7,942 nt of DNA from Promethearchaeota archaeon. Lineage in GTDB: Archaea > Asgardarchaeota > Thorarchaeia > Thorarchaeales > Thorarchaeaceae. The number at the start of each line of letters is the position of its first letter. Positions within the stretch are counted from its first letter, which is position 1. The notes under the pieces are model-generated. The model did not search any database and had not been told where the DNA came from. It worked only from the letters and a program-made list of their open reading frames with translations. The position numbers and the translations under genes are program-made. Location of the stretch: positions 17,620-25,561 of the forward strand of contig JALVPN010000091.1 of the NCBI GenBank assembly GCA_027031765.1, written 5' to 3'. Below, in pieces: positions 7,000-7,942 of the stretch.

Positions 7000-7028
7000 G
7001 ACTGGTCTCACTCCTGATGCGACCTCTC

Positions 7029-7942
7029 ATGACGAAGCTCCTCATAACAGAGACCGCACTGCGAGATGCCCACCAGTCCCTACTGGCAACGCGAATGCGG
7101 ACTGAGGACATGCTCCCAATCTCTGAGAAGCTGGACCGGGTCGGCTACCACTCCCTTGAGATGTTCGGTGGCGCTACATTTGACAGCATGATGCGTTTCC
7201 TGGACGAAGACCCGTGGGAACGTGTCGAGGCCCTGCGTGATGCCATGCCGCACACGAAGTTCCAGATGCTCTTGCGTGCACAGAACGTTGTGGGCTACCG
7301 TCACTACCCGGATGATGTCCTGGAGGCGTTCGTCGTCGAGGCAGCAAAGGTAGGGATTGACATCTTCAGGATTTTTGACGCGCTGAACGACGTGAGGAAC
7401 ATGGAGGCCGCCATGCGTTTCGTGAAGCGCGAGGGCGGACATGTCCAGGCGAGCTTCTGCTATACACTGAGTCCGTTTCACAGCATTGAGAAGTTCGTCG
7501 AGAAGGCAAAGGTACTCTACTCGATGGACGCGGACTCGATATGCATCAAGGACATGGCCGGTCTGATCTCTCCACAGGTGGCATACGAGCTTGTGAAGAG
7601 GCTCAAGGAGGAAGTGGACATACCCATCCAGCTCCACACACACTACACGAGTGGCATGGGCTCCATGGCGTACCTGCGGGCTGCTGATGCTGGTGTGGAC
7701 GTCGTCGACTGTGCGATATCCTCTCTCTCACTTGCCACATCCCAGCCTGCCACTGAGTCCATCGTGGAGGCGCTGAAGGGGACACCACGTGACACCGGCC
7801 TGGACCTGAACCTCCTGGCCGAGATTGCCGACTACTTCCGCAAGGTCCGGCGCAAGTACGCACAGTTCGAGGGCACCCTCAAGGGCGTCAACCCACAGGT
7901 GCTCGTGTTTCAGGTCCCGGGCGGGATGCTCTCCAACCTTGA
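7029..7942 (+). CDS. oadA: Pyruvate/oxaloacetate carboxyltransferase (oxaloacetate decarboxylase alpha / pyruvate carboxylase subunit B / transcarboxylase 5S family), 3'-truncated by the window edge
   Basis: Not in the ORF track; translated by hand over 304 codons with no stop: MTKLLITETALRDAHQSLLATRMRTEDML...SLEMFGGATFD...EDPWER...QMLLRAQNVVGYRHYPDD...FRIFDALNDVRN...CIKDMAGL...LHTHYTSG...SQPATES...QVPGGMLSNL. It has the RDAHQS, KDMAG (Lys174) and HxH metal motifs. An in-frame ATG at 7017 is an alternative start. The oadA versus pycB assignment is unresolved. Confidence 0.95.
   Translation, partial: MTKLLITETALRDAHQSLLATRMRTEDMLPISEKLDRVGYHSLEMFGGATFDSMMRFLDEDPWERVEALRDAMPHTKFQMLLRAQNVVGYRHYPDDVLEAFVVEAAKVGIDIFRIFDALNDVRNMEAAMRFVKREGGHVQASFCYTLSPFHSIEKFVEKAKVLYSMDADSICIKDMAGLISPQVAYELVKRLKEEVDIPIQLHTHYTSGMGSMAYLRAADAGVDVVDCAISSLSLATSQPATESIVEALKGTPRDTGLDLNLLAEIADYFRKVRRKYAQFEGTLKGVNPQVLVFQVPGGMLSNL

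Larger units (their letters stand above)
6392..7001 (+). pseudogene. Possible eroded gene for a multi-pass membrane protein
   Basis: No long credible ORF on either strand. Hydrophobic, coding-like fragments occur in all three + frames, broken by frame changes and stops (TAA 6730-6732, TGA 6750-6752, TAG 6780-6782). No family recognised. Confidence 0.3.

Noticed and set aside
6999-7001. Selenocysteine or readthrough at the in-frame TGA fusing the small ORF to oadA
   Set aside because: The position is not catalytic, no SECIS-like element was recognised, the TGA overlaps the TATA-like box, and the OadA homology begins cleanly at ATG 7029.
1-7942. CRISPR array, tRNA/rRNA, IS element or prophage
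   Set aside because: No regularly spaced repeats, cloverleaf structures, transposase or integrase motifs, or terminal inverted repeats with target duplications were seen.

Overview
This is a GC-rich (roughly 55-60% by eye), probably archaeal metabolic window. Archaeal origin is inferred from TATA-like AT islands in the intergenic gaps, GGAGG/GGTGA ribosome-binding sites, archaemetzincin, and a Thermococcales-style hydrogenase layout. The lineage cannot be assigned from the sequence. The left part, on the minus strand, holds the beta-gamma-delta genes of a group 3b (sulfhydrogenase-type) [NiFe]-hydrogenase; delta runs off the window edge and is missing from the ORF track. On the plus strand follow archaemetzincin AmzA, a short-form TrmO/TsaA, an acyl-CoA carboxyltransferase (PccB/MmdA/transcarboxylase-12S family), an uncharacterised class I SAM methyltransferase, and about 690 bp that look like an eroded membrane-protein gene. 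The window ends with the 5' part of a pyruvate/oxaloacetate carboxyltransferase (OadA/PycB/5S family), also missing from the ORF track. No rRNA, tRNA, CRISPR array or mobile element was recognised. Most genes belong to known families. The best leads are a CxxD (Asp) proximal-cluster ligand in the hydrogenase small subunit, two complementary carboxyltransferases with no biotin carboxylase or Na+-pump subunit between them (possible transcarboxylase), and several operator-like repeat structures. All motif calls were read by eye, without database searches.
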